Shown here piece after piece: positions 48,337 through 58,451 of a DNA stretch of 64,000 nucleotides. The position numbers and the translations under genes are program-made. Within the stretch, counting starts at the first letter, position 1; the number at the start of each line of letters is the position of its first letter. The notes beneath the pieces are model-generated. The model made no database searches, had not been told where the DNA came from, and saw only the letters and a program-made list of their open reading frames with translations. Origin of the DNA: an uncultured Pseudomonadota bacterium (GTDB lineage Bacteria; Pseudomonadota; Gammaproteobacteria; Natronospirales; REEB76); assembly GCA_963817285.1 (NCBI GenBank), contig CAWFOE010000019.1:3693-67692 (forward strand), written 5' to 3'.

Positions 48337-49268
48337 TTAAACTTCCGACTCGGTGCAGACCACTGGTGTCTTGCGCCAGGGCATAGGTGGGGCGAGACGG
48401 CTCGTGGCCAGCACCACGCCAGCGATGGCTAACGTCCCGCCTGCCACCGTGAGCCAGGTGGGGATATCTCCCAGCCATACCCAGGCGATGACACAGGCGA
48501 TGAGCGGCTGCAGATAGAGGAAGCTCGAAACCCGCGATGCGGGCGCCCGGGACAGGGCCCAGCTCCAGCTGAGATAGCCGATCACCGTCGGCACCAGGGC
48601 GAGATAGAGCACCGAGAAGAGCTGCGCATGGGACACGAGGGCGAGCTTCTCCGGCAGATGCATACCGAAGGGGATGAATCCCAGGGTACCGGTGAAGATG
48701 CTGGCGGCAGAGACCCCGAGCGGACTGGTGCGCGCGAACAGCGGTTTCTGCCACACGAAATACACACTGCTGCATACCACGGCGCCGAAGCGCCAACAAG
48801 GCCATGGGCTCGAGATGCAGTTCGTGCCCCCGCCCCAAGGTCACGAGCAGCGTACCTGCGAAGGCGATACCCAGACCGACGACGGCCCGCGACTCAAGCG
48901 CTCCTTGAGGTGCAGCACCGCGAGCACCGAAGTGACCCCGGAATCATGGATATCACCACCGACGCCGCCCCTGCGGAAAGGCGCGTCATGGCATAGCACA
49001 GGCACAGCTGGTAGAGAGTGTTGCCGATGAAACCCAGCAGGAACAGCGCCGGCCAATCTCGCAACGGCGGCAGCTTGATGAAGCCCCATGAGCACGAGCG
49101 CCTCCGAGGCAGACAGGGAGGCGAGGCAGAAGCGCAGCAGCACGAGTTCACCGGGGGTGAACACCTGCAGACCGTACGAGATGGCCGCATAGGAGGAAGA
49201 CCATACAAGCAGGGTGAGCCCGGCGGCGGCGTAGGCAAGCGGATCCGTCGTGGGTTCGCGGTGGTCAT
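48337..49268 (-). pseudogene. EamA/DMT-family transporter with several frame disruptions
   Basis: The C-terminal half is intact in ORF 48337..48780 (...LYLALVPTVIGYLSWSWALSRAPASRVSSFLYLQPLIA...). The N-terminal half is split among ORFs 48841..49434, 48894..49268 and 48071..48844 (e.g. LLVWSSSYAAISYGL / FLLGFIGNTLYQLCLCYAM). Confidence 0.7.
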
Positions 49269-49585
49269 GCTGGGTTCCAGCTCGCTCAGTGCCCGACGCA
49301 GACTTGCTGGGATTCCCTGCGCCGTTTCGCTGCAGGCTTTGAGCCGGTGTGGCCGCTGGCGGTGTTCGCGAGAAACGCGACAGCATCCATACCGCGAACC
49401 ACGCGCTCACGCCCGGCTGATTTCCGATAGCCACCCAGAGCCCGTCGCTCGTCGTCTCTCGTCATGTACCCGTGCTCCTAATCTTTAATCGGCGGTGCCG
49501 TTTTGAGGCACCGATAGGTGCATATCCTCCTGCCCCATCTGGTATATTTTTAAGTGCCAGTTGTGATATTGTGACTAGACCAGAT

Positions 49586-51126
49586 ATGCTGGCCTCCATA
49601 CCGGCCGCGAGGTCCACCGCCATGCTCGAACTCATCCTCTCTGTCCCGGACGACGCCCGACCCGGTTATCTGCGCATCGCCGAGGGCCTACGCAATGCTA
49701 TCCAGAAAGGCACGATCAAACCCGGCGAACGGCTGCCCTCCACCCGTGTTCTGGCTGAGAGTCTAGGCGTGCATCGCCACACCATGAGCGCGGCCATGGA
49801 CGAGCTGGTGGCGGAAGGCTGGTTGGAGGCGGGCGAACGCCGCGCCCACCGGGTGAGTGAGGTACTGCCCTCTGAGTTCTTCAAACCCAAGGGCGGCGGC
49901 AAAGCCTCGCCCTTCGCCCGGGAGATGAGATGGCGTTTCGCCCGGGGCACGGGCAAATCCTTCTGCGCGCCGGAGGTGCAGGAGGACTACCGCTACGTGT
50001 TCCAGAGCGGCGTGCCGGACCTTAGGCTCTTCCCTTACGATGAGTTCCGCGCCTGCCTCGCGGAGTCCATGCGCAAATCCCCGGTCAACTTCGGCGCCTA
50101 CGGCAACGCCGCCGGTCACCCAGGATTCATCGCGCGCTTCGAGGAATATCTGCGCCGCATGCGCGCCATCACTGGCCGGCGCATCATCGTCACCCACGGG
50201 GCCCAGGAAGGCATCTTCCTGGTGGCCCAGCTGCTCTTGAGCTCCGGCCACAAGGTGGCGGTGGAGATGCCGGGCTATGTCTCCGGCTGGGATGCGTTCC
50301 GCGCCGCCGGCGCTGACATCGTGCCGATCCAGGTGGATGCCCAAGGCATGGATCCGGAAGCCCTCGAAACCGCCATCGCGAAGCAGCGCATCCAGCTCAT
50401 CTGCCTGACGCCGCACCATCAGTACCCCACTACCGCGACCCTGCCGGCGTCACGCCGGCTACGCATCTACGAGTTGGCGAGCCGTCATCAGATCCCCATC
50501 ATCGAAGACGATTACGACCACGAGTTCCATTTCCGCTCCCAGCCCATCGCGCCCATGGCGAGCACCGACCCCTGCGGCCTCGTGATCTACATGTCCACCT
50601 TGTCCAAGATCACTTTCCCCTCCATGCGCATCGGCTGCCTCGCCGTGCCGGATGCGCTCTACGAGCCTCTGGTCGAACCTGCGCAGCATCATCACCCGCC
50701 AGACCAACGCCTTCGTGGAAGACGCCATGGCACGCTGGATGGACAGCGGCGGCTTCGAACGCCATCTGCGACGCATGCGCCGCGTCTATGAGGAGCGCCG
50801 GGACGTGACTGTGGCCACCCTCGAGGAAGCGCAAAGCCCGCGGCCTGGATCTGGCCTGGTGCGTGCCCGACGGGGGCATGGCCATGTGGCTGGATTGCAA
50901 GGCGGATGCAGACCGGGTGACGGAGCTCGCGGCGAAGGCTGGCGTATTCGTCACTGCCGAATCCAACTACCACCTGGAACTGCCGCGCCGCACCACCCAT
51001 CTGCGGCTGGGCTATGCGAGCCAGACCCCGGAAGAGATCCGGGCCGGCATCGGCCTGCTCATGCAGTCGGTGGCCACGGTACAGCGCGAGACCACCCGGC
51101 CGCGACGCCGGGTGGCGGGTGCTTGA
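49586..51126 (+). pseudogene. MocR/PdxR-type regulator (GntR HTH plus a PLP aminotransferase-like domain), two frameshifts (about 50670 and 50835)
   Basis: The HTH is YLRIAEGLRNAIQKGTIKPGERLPSTRVLAESLGVHRHTMSAAMDELVAEGWL. The aminotransferase fold continues through ORFs 49472..50791, 50652..51143 and 50863..51126. It is divergent from the EamA gene. Confidence 0.75.
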
Positions 51127-51149
51127 TCCCCTGTAAGCGCTGAAGTGAT

Positions 51150-52850
51150 CTAAGAAGAAGTCGTGACGCAATGCACGCAAGAGGCTGAGGACTTCGCCAG
51201 CGCTTGCTGCTTCTGCATCTTAAAGACCGTGAAGAACTTGTTGGACTGGGTCTGCGTGAATGTCACATCCGTCGCGTAATGCCACTTGATGTAGGCCTGT
51301 AACTGCCTCATCTCGCTGACGCTCGCCACGAAATCCAATGCCTGCCCGGCAACCAGAGCCTGCACCAGGTCTTTCCCACCTGTATAGGCATATAGACCAT
51401 CCAGGGAATAAGGCGCCAAGGAATAAGGCCCGAGCGTATATGTCTTGAAAGGGAGAGCATCGGCCGCGGATCCGAAAGGCAGGTATTCTTGCGTGTAATG
51501 GATACGATCGCCCCATATCACCAAGAACGGTTCATGCGGCATATGATTTGTGACAGCTTGCAGCTCGGTGGATTTGCGGATGTCGCTCTGGTTCGACTGG
51601 TACACCTTCGCGAGCAATAGCGTGGTGGATAAAGCCACAGTGAGGGTAAGGAAAATGTAAGTGCGCCACGTGCCTTGCATAGGACGCATGATGGCGGCCA
51701 AAGCCAGTGCGGCCAGTGCAGGCACATATATCCGGGTTATGCCAGGACGTCCGAGCAGCAACAGCAGCACCATGCATCCCAGCAGAGCAAGGACACCCAG
51801 CTCAAAATATTTCTCGCGGCCGAAGCAGAGCAGACCCAGGATGATCACTACGCACAGAGCCAACACCTGAGGATTCAAGAATGGGGCCAGGGCCGCAGGG
51901 AACTCGTGCAGGTTTGCGATCAACCTCAACACCAGGGGTGCCCGGTGCACGATAGGCGACAGCTTGTCGGCGGAAAACACTCTCGGGTCGGCATAAAACC
52001 AGTCACGGAACAGCTGCATGTCATTACCGGTGTAGCCGCTCCCCTTCAATATCTGCGGATGCATCTCGTAGTAGCCCGCCAGATTGAAGTCGGTGAATTC
52101 CGTACGCAGGGCATAGGTATCCCCGAATAAGGCCCATTGGCCCGGGGAGAACGTGTAGTAATCCAAGAGTTGCAAACCGAGGAATACGGCGCCCGAGACA
52201 GCCAACACGATGAGCCAGCGCCGCCTCACCAGAGAGCCCGCAGCAGCGTACCAATAACCGAGACCGATGGGAGCCATGACCACGGCCACCAGAGCCGTCT
52301 CATCCGCACGCACCAGCCCGGACAACACCACCAAGATGCCTGCGAGGCAGATGCTTGGGATCGACTGTTTTTCAGGCGGGATACACAGGAGCAGGATACC
52401 GGCGCCCGCAAGGTAGCCTGCCACCACGGTGAATTGCGGATATATCAAGATGGGCACGAAGACGATCAACAGGACGGCAGCGCCCAGCAAGGGTTTCGCC
52501 TGGCTGCGCACCAGCGCATACAGCATCACGAAGTACGACAGGATCAGCGCCAGATAAGTCATCGCTGTATAAGGCTGTATACCGCCGATGGACGGCAGCC
52601 AACCCACCAGGTAACCCCAGACGATGTTCGTCATCACAAGACGGGGGCTGGGCCAGGCAGCTATGCCCGTCCCGCTCGACACCATGGCCATGCTGACGTC
52701 GTCGTTCGTCTGCCAGAACGGCCGAGATGAGAATACGCAGGCGGCGAGGATTATTATCCCAAGGGCGTAAGGGTAATAGCGCGAATACCGGCCCTGATTC
52801 CCTTGCCATACCCGCAGCGCGACCGCGCGAGTGCCCATCCAAAACGACAT
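51150..52850 (-). CDS. large polytopic membrane protein, paralog A (GT-C-glycosyltransferase-like topology; function unknown)
   Basis: 566 aa with about 12 TM helices and then a ~150-aa soluble C-terminus. An acidic motif follows TM1 (FWQTNDDVSMAMVSSGTGIAAWPSPRL). It is clearly paralogous to 56356..58101. Confidence 0.5.
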   Translation of the reverse strand: MSFWMGTRAVALRVWQGNQGRYSRYYPYALGIIILAACVFSSRPFWQTNDDVSMAMVSSGTGIAAWPSPRLVMTNIVWGYLVGWLPSIGGIQPYTAMTYLALILSYFVMLYALVRSQAKPLLGAAVLLIVFVPILIYPQFTVVAGYLAGAGILLLCIPPEKQSIPSICLAGILVVLSGLVRADETALVAVVMAPIGLGYWYAAAGSLVRRRWLIVLAVSGAVFLGLQLLDYYTFSPGQWALFGDTYALRTEFTDFNLAGYYEMHPQILKGSGYTGNDMQLFRDWFYADPRVFSADKLSPIVHRAPLVLRLIANLHEFPAALAPFLNPQVLALCVVIILGLLCFGREKYFELGVLALLGCMVLLLLLGRPGITRIYVPALAALALAAIMRPMQGTWRTYIFLTLTVALSTTLLLAKVYQSNQSDIRKSTELQAVTNHMPHEPFLVIWGDRIHYTQEYLPFGSAADALPFKTYTLGPYSLAPYSLDGLYAYTGGKDLVQALVAGQALDFVASVSEMRQLQAYIKWHYATDVTFTQTQSNKFFTVFKMQKQQALAKSSASCVHCVTTSS

Positions 52851-52947
52851 GGAAGATTCCCTGATTTCATGGCCCGCAGCGATACCGGATCGCTCATGGC
52901 GTACATGAAATTATGACCAAGGATGCCGGGGAAATACTGCGATCGCA

Positions 52948-52989
52948 GCATTACGATTCGGCAATGTCAGCGCATTACGGGTTTGCAAT
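52948..52989. promoter_or_regulatory. tandem GCATTACG-N5-GCAAT motifs upstream of paralog A
   Basis: GCATTACGATTCGGCAAT (52948-52965) and GCATTACGGGTTTGCAAT (52972-52989). A near-identical copy lies at a similar distance upstream of paralog B. Confidence 0.35.
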
Positions 52990-53008
52990 ATTGCGTGTGG
53001 CGCGCCAT

Positions 53009-54613
53009 TCAATGGGCAGGTGGAGCCTCGCTCGGTGTCGGAGCACGTTTACTCATGAGCAATACCACCGGGATCACACACAGGAACACCAGGGCCATGA
53101 GCTTGAAGGTGTCGATGAAGGACAGCATCAGCGCCTGCTGCTGCACGATGCCGTAGAGCGCCGCTTGGGCTTCCCGGGCGGCATCGGCCGCATGACCCGG
53201 TACGGTCTGGAAATAGGCGGTGAGCTTGTCCAACAAGGTCTGGGCACCGCCGCTCGAAGCGGTGATGCTCTCGGTCAAGACACTCTGGTGATACTGGACC
53301 CGTCGTGCCACCACCGTCTGCACCAAGGAGATGCCTACACTGCCGCCTAAGTTGCGCGAGAGGTTCACCAGGGCCGTGCCCATGTTGGTCTTCTCTCGCG
53401 GGATACCCACGTACGCCGCCACGTTGATGGGGATGAAGAGGAACGCGAGCCCCAACGCCTGCACCAGGCGCGCCAGGGCGATGGTCCGATAGTCCACCTG
53501 CAGGTCGAAGTTGGTCATATAGAGGACCGCCAGACCCGAGATGCTCAAACCGAACATGATGAGCCAGCGAGCATCCACTCTCGACGCCAGCTTGCCCATG
53601 AGAGGCATGATGAGCACCAGTGCGAAGCCGCCCGGTGACAACACCAGGCCCGCATCGGTGGCGGTATACCCCAGGGAGGTCTGCACGAACTCAGGGATGA
53701 GCTGGGTGCTGGCGAGCAGCACGAACCCCAAGACGAACATCAGCAGGTTGGCCACGGCGAAGTTGCGGTTCTTGAGCAGCCGCAAGTCCACGATGGGTTC
53801 TTTGGCCCTGAGCTCACGCACCACGAACATCACGAGCCCCACCGCCGACAATAGCGACAGGATCAGGATGAGATGGGAACTGAACCAATCTTCCCGCTCG
53901 CCCTTGTCCAGCACTACCTGCAGGCAGCCAAGCCCTAAGGCCAGGAGACCGAAACCCACGTAATCCACGTGCACGCCCTGACTACGGCGTTGCTTGCGCG
54001 CCTCCTCAGCCCCTGGCGCATCGTGCACCATGAGGTTCACCAGGAACAGGAGCAGAGCGCCCACGGGGATGTTGATGAGGAACACCCAGCGCCAGGAGGC
54101 GTGGTCGGTGATCCAGCCGCCCAGGGTCGGACCGATGGCCGGGGCGAACACCACCGCGAGGCCGTAGAAGGCGAAGGCCATGCCGCGCTGGGCCGGCGGG
54201 AAGCTGTCTGCCAGGATGGCCTGAGATACGGGCTGCAGGCCGCCACCGGTGAAGCCCTGTATGGCACGGAAGAGCACCAGCAACGCCAAGGTGGGCGCCG
54301 TCCCGCACAAGAGCGAGCTCAGGGTGAAACCCATGATGCAGGTCATGAAGAAACGCTTACGTCCGAAATACTCGGACATCCAGCCGCTGATGGGCAACAC
54401 GATGGCGTTGGTGACCAGATAAGAAGTCAGCACCCAGGTGGATTCATCCTGGCTCGCGGCCATGGAACCCGCGATATGGTTGAGTGCCACGTTGGCGATG
54501 GAGATATCCAGCACTTCCATGAAAGCCGCGAGCGCCACCACCGGCGCGATCAGCCAGGGTGAATCCTGCCAGCGCTTCAGGGGAGCGGGTATCGAGATCT
54601 CGGCATCAGCCAT
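53009..54613 (-). CDS. DHA2 (EmrB/QacA) family MFS drug efflux transporter, 14 TMS
   Basis: 534 aa with N-terminal LIAPVVALAAFMEVLDISIANVALNHIAGSM and motif A/C-like segments typical of EmrB. Confidence 0.85.
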   Translation of the reverse strand: MADAEISIPAPLKRWQDSPWLIAPVVALAAFMEVLDISIANVALNHIAGSMAASQDESTWVLTSYLVTNAIVLPISGWMSEYFGRKRFFMTCIMGFTLSSLLCGTAPTLALLVLFRAIQGFTGGGLQPVSQAILADSFPPAQRGMAFAFYGLAVVFAPAIGPTLGGWITDHASWRWVFLINIPVGALLLFLVNLMVHDAPGAEEARKQRRSQGVHVDYVGFGLLALGLGCLQVVLDKGEREDWFSSHLILILSLLSAVGLVMFVVRELRAKEPIVDLRLLKNRNFAVANLLMFVLGFVLLASTQLIPEFVQTSLGYTATDAGLVLSPGGFALVLIMPLMGKLASRVDARWLIMFGLSISGLAVLYMTNFDLQVDYRTIALARLVQALGLAFLFIPINVAAYVGIPREKTNMGTALVNLSRNLGGSVGISLVQTVVARRVQYHQSVLTESITASSGGAQTLLDKLTAYFQTVPGHAADAAREAQAALYGIVQQQALMLSFIDTFKLMALVFLCVIPVVLLMSKRAPTPSEAPPAH

Positions 54614-54655
54614 GGGATCTCTGCCTCCTGTGCCTCTGTCGTCCCATCCCGTCTC

Positions 54656-55138
54656 TCACAATCCGAACCGCAGCAAGACCATGCAGACCAGGATGCCGGA
54701 GAAAGCCAAGAGACTGATGAGCCCGTGCCGATTGATGCGGGCCTCAGCCTCAGGCTGCTTCAGGTCGCCGTTCCAGATGAGTTCCGGCAGTTTGCCGTAC
54801 CAGCGGCCCGATTGCCCCGCGAGGAACATGGTCAGGACGAGAGCCGCGATCCAAGTGAGCCCATAGGACGTACCGAAGGCTGCACTGAGAGAACGCACCG
54901 GACCGAACAGCGTGCCGCGCAGGATGCCAGCGAGCATCACTGTGATGCCAGAACCGATCATGACCGGGCGCAGCATCTTGATGAAGGGATCGTAGATCGC
55001 GCGAGCTGCTGGCGTCGGTTTATCCAGCATGGCGCGTGGCAGCAAGTAGCCGGCTACCACTTGGCCGCCGACCCATACGATGGCCGCGGCCACGTGCAGC
55101 CACTGCACCAGGAGCGTGAGCACCAGGGAGAAGGACAT
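54656..55138 (-). CDS. small polytopic membrane protein (CopD-like motif)
   Basis: 160 aa. The LHVAAAIVWVGGQV motif resembles the one in the 1222..1686 protein. It lies between padR and the MFS gene. Confidence 0.5.
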   Translation of the reverse strand: MSFSLVLTLLVQWLHVAAAIVWVGGQVVAGYLLPRAMLDKPTPAARAIYDPFIKMLRPVMIGSGITVMLAGILRGTLFGPVRSLSAAFGTSYGLTWIAALVLTMFLAGQSGRWYGKLPELIWNGDLKQPEAEARINRHGLISLLAFSGILVCMVLLRFGL

Positions 55139-55178
55139 GGGATCTTTCCTCGGGAAGCGCGGGTTGTGTCCCGCGCGG

Positions 55179-55808
55179 TTATTTCTTGTTGATCTCGCTC
55201 AAGGCGCGCTTCAGGATATCCAGCACGCGCCGTTGCTCTTCGGCGGCCGCACGCCGCTTGCTCTTCACGGCCTGCCGTAGCTCATCGCGGATACGATGGA
55301 ACTCCTGGTGCAGCTCGTGGTGGCCGTTGCCCGCTTCGCCCTGCCCGTCATCGAAAGCCTCGCGCACGTCGTCCATGCGGCAGCTCACCCAGTCGAACTG
55401 GGCCAGGATGGCGTCGGCGGCGGCACGGTTGGTCTCGAGATGGGCGCGGCCCGCATCGGTGATGTGGTATCGCTTCTTGGAGCCCTCCGTCTCCACCGTG
55501 GCGTATTCGATCTCTTCCAGATACGTGAGGGCCGGATAGATCACCCCGGGGCTGGGGCTGTAGAAGCCGCCAGAGCGCTCCTCCACGTCCTTGATGATCT
55601 CGTAGCCATGGCGCGGCTTGTCCGCCAGGAGCGAGAGGATGACGAGCTGGAGGTCACTGGAGGCGAGTTTGCGGCCGCTGCGGAAACCCCGCCCGCCGCG
55701 GCCTTCACCTTGGTGGTGGCCGAAGAAATTGCCGAAACCCCGGTGGCGGCCTATACAGTGATAAGCCTCAGGCTCCGGGTGTCTGCTCGAATGATGGCGC
55801 ATGATCAA
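55179..55808 (-). CDS. PadR family transcriptional regulator with an extended C-terminus
   Basis: 209 aa with the winged-HTH core LQLVILSLLADKPRHGYEIIKDVEERSGGFYSPSPGVIYPALTYLEE. Confidence 0.8.
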   Translation of the reverse strand: MIMRHHSSRHPEPEAYHCIGRHRGFGNFFGHHQGEGRGGRGFRSGRKLASSDLQLVILSLLADKPRHGYEIIKDVEERSGGFYSPSPGVIYPALTYLEEIEYATVETEGSKKRYHITDAGRAHLETNRAAADAILAQFDWVSCRMDDVREAFDDGQGEAGNGHHELHQEFHRIRDELRQAVKSKRRAAAEEQRRVLDILKRALSEINKK

Positions 55809-55818
55809 AATCTCAAGT

Positions 55819-55842
55819 TATCGTAAGATAGAACTTACGATA
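55819..55842. promoter_or_regulatory. perfect 9-bp inverted repeat upstream of padR (candidate operator)
   Basis: TATCGTAAG-atagaa-CTTACGATA begins 11 nt upstream of the padR start. It is followed by the duplicated palindrome CTTAAGaCTTAAG. Confidence 0.4.
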
Positions 55843-55979
55843 TATCTTAAGACTTAAGGCTGTCAAGCCCGATTTGAGCCAGAACCTGGCCCCAGGCCCT
55901 TGCCGCGGGTCCTGGGTAGGCAGGTAGAGTGGACGACAGCTATCCCACGAAGTTCCCGTCAGGATCCCGGAGTGTATCC

Positions 55980-56432
55980 ATGAAAGCCAGTACCCTGCGA
56001 CGCATCATGAACCTGTGGCCGCCGTTCCTGGCGAGCGGCATCAGTGTGACGCGGGTCTCGGAGGATTATCGCGAGGCGGAAGTGGTGCTGAAGCAGCACT
56101 GGTACAACGTGAACTACGTGGGCGTGCACTTCGGCGGCAGTCTCTTCGCCATGACCGACGCCTGCTATATGGTCATGCTGATCCGGGTGATGGGCAAGGA
56201 TTATTACGTGTGGGATCGGCGTGCCAGCATCGATTACCTGAAGCCCGGCCGCGGCACGGTGACCGCCCGCTTCAAGATAGATGATGCCGCGCTCGCTACG
56301 ATATTGGAGAAGACCGCGGGCGGCGACAAATATTTCCCGGAGTTCACCGTGGATATCACGGACGCTTCGGGAGAAGTCGTGGCACGGGTGTTGAAGACGC
56401 TATACGTGCGCCGGAAACCGCCGAAGTCATAG
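55980..56432 (+). CDS. DUF4442 / hotdog-fold (YiiD C-terminal-like) thioesterase-type protein
   Basis: Start at MKASTLRRIMNLWPPFLASGISVTRVSEDYRE. The sequence HFGGSLFAMTDACYMVML is typical of DUF4442. Confidence 0.6.
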   Translation: MKASTLRRIMNLWPPFLASGISVTRVSEDYREAEVVLKQHWYNVNYVGVHFGGSLFAMTDACYMVMLIRVMGKDYYVWDRRASIDYLKPGRGTVTARFKIDDAALATILEKTAGGDKYFPEFTVDITDASGEVVARVLKTLYVRRKPPKS

Positions 56433-58101
56433 GGCTGTCGATACCCGGCACCACTTGCGCCGGTCCGACCTTGTACAGCGTGAAGTCTGCGAAGACACCG
56501 GCAGACGTCACCGGCAGTTCAGCGGAATAATGCTGCCGAAAATATCCCTGCAAGCTCAGCATATCCGCCGGGGATGCGATGAAGTCCAACGACTGGCCCT
56601 GCAACAGGGACGGCACCAGGTCCTTGCCTCCGGTAGCTTGATGCAACTGCGCCAGCGAATACGGCGTGAGGGAGTATTCCCCGATGGCGTATATCTTGAG
56701 GGGGCAGAGCCCGTCAGCAGCGCCGAAGGGGGGATAGTGCAGTGTGTAGGGATAGCTGGAACCCCAGATGACGACCAAAGGTTCGTGCGATAGGGAGCAT
56801 CCGGCTGATTGCGTGAGGTGGTAAGCCCGTTGATCCCTCTGGTTCCTGGTATGCACCAGGAGCAGTATCCCTATCGCGGCGAGCACCCCGACCGCCACCA
56901 CGACACCATAGGCGTATCGCGCTGACTTAGCTGGCTGCATGCTGCCGAGCAGCACCAAAGCGGCACATGCGGGCACATATATACGTGTTACACCGGGGCG
57001 CCCCATCAACAACAAGATGATCATGATCCCGGCCAGCACAGCGAGCGACCCAAGAAAATAGCCCCGCCGCTCGTGGAACACCGCGATGAAAGCCATCATG
57101 ATGACCAGGACGATCACCAGGGGATGAGTGAAGGGCAGCAGCAGCACGGGCAGTAAGCACAGGTTCGCGACGATCCGTCCGTACCACGGCATGCCGCCCG
57201 AAAGTTGCGCGAGTTTCTCCGGTGAGAAGACCTGTGGATCCAGGTAGAACCAGTTTGCGAACAGATGCAGATCATTAGCCGAATAGCCGGCGCTGCGCAC
57301 CACTTCCTTGTAGCGCAGGTAATACCCTGCCATGTTGAAGTCGGTGAACTCCGTGCGGAGCGTGTAAGTCCCGGCGAACTCGCCCCAGCTGCCCGAAGAG
57401 AAAGTGTAGAGATCCCACAACTGGAATCCGCTGAAGATTACGGCCGATAACGCCAGTGCCATCAGCCAGTGCCGGCGCATCAGCGAACCGGCCCCAGCTC
57501 GCCAATACCCTATCAAGATAGGAGACGCCACCATCGCCACCAGGATGGTCTCATCGGCGCGCACCAGACCGGAAAAGACTATGAGGACGCCCGTGAGATA
57601 TACACCGAAGACGGATTGCCTATCGGGTGGGATGCAGAGCAGCGCGATCCCGGCAACTGCCAGATGCCCAGCCACGAGGGTGTATTGCGGATAGGTCAGC
57701 ACAGGAACATAGAAGATCAGCAGGAGGCACGCGGCCAAGATGCGGTTCACCTCGCTGCGTACGAGGGCATACAGCACTGCTAGATAAGCAGCGGCCAGCG
57801 CCGTATAGGTCAACAAGGTGTAGGGCTGGATCCCGCCGATATCCGGCAGCCAATGGACGAGATAACCCCAGGCGATGTTGGTGAGGGCGAGCCGTGGGCT
57901 GGGCCAGGCAGCTATGCCTGTCCCGCTCGAGACCATCGCCATGCTCACGTCGTCGTTAGTCAGCCAGAAGGGCTGAGATGCAGCCATGCACACAGCAAGG
58001 ATGAGCAGCCCAACGATGAAAGGGATATAGCCTCGGACTCCGGCGCGCGCTTCGTGAGATGCTGGCTGAAGACACACGCGAATCCGCTCCGCAAGAGACA
58101 T
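56356..58101 (-). CDS. large polytopic membrane protein, paralog B of 51150..52850
   Basis: 581 aa with the same architecture and long identical runs (NDDVSMAMVSSGTGIAAWPSPRL, GLVRADET, LRTEFTDFN, GRPG.TRIYVPA). Its 3' end overlaps the convergent 55980..56432 gene by 77 nt. Confidence 0.5.
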   Translation of the reverse strand: MSLAERIRVCLQPASHEARAGVRGYIPFIVGLLILAVCMAASQPFWLTNDDVSMAMVSSGTGIAAWPSPRLALTNIAWGYLVHWLPDIGGIQPYTLLTYTALAAAYLAVLYALVRSEVNRILAACLLLIFYVPVLTYPQYTLVAGHLAVAGIALLCIPPDRQSVFGVYLTGVLIVFSGLVRADETILVAMVASPILIGYWRAGAGSLMRRHWLMALALSAVIFSGFQLWDLYTFSSGSWGEFAGTYTLRTEFTDFNMAGYYLRYKEVVRSAGYSANDLHLFANWFYLDPQVFSPEKLAQLSGGMPWYGRIVANLCLLPVLLLPFTHPLVIVLVIMMAFIAVFHERRGYFLGSLAVLAGIMIILLLMGRPGVTRIYVPACAALVLLGSMQPAKSARYAYGVVVAVGVLAAIGILLLVHTRNQRDQRAYHLTQSAGCSLSHEPLVVIWGSSYPYTLHYPPFGAADGLCPLKIYAIGEYSLTPYSLAQLHQATGGKDLVPSLLQGQSLDFIASPADMLSLQGYFRQHYSAELPVTSAGVFADFTLYKVGPAQVVPGIDSPMTSAVSGARIASSTPVPRLLPKRP

Positions 58102-58211
58102 CGGAACGTTTCCTTAAGACTCGACCATTGGAGTAGCGGTGTGTCCACCGCCGAGGGATCATTCTGCCGGGACAGTATGACTGCCGACATCCAGCGAATC
58201 AGGCGATGGGG

Positions 58212-58229
58212 ACATTACGATTCGGTAAT
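58212..58229. promoter_or_regulatory. ACATTACGATTCGGTAAT motif upstream of paralog B
   Basis: It matches 52948-52965 at 16 of 18 positions. It contains the inverted repeat ATTAC-N6-GTAAT and lies about 110-130 nt upstream of the start, as in paralog A. Confidence 0.35.
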
Positions 58230-58451
58230 CATTGCGGGCCATACAGCTGGAACGCACTCAACCACAGAGATGAAAGCGATCTTCCTGTTACACAGACAGG
58301 ATCCATGTATCGGATTCGGTGGGATGCCACAAATACGCCCAAAACCGCTGAAGGCATGGCTTCGCTCTATGGTCTTTTTGCGTAAATACGATTCCCCTTA
58401 CATACTCTCATCACTTTCCATCCCGCCGCCCACCAATGGTTCAGCGATATC

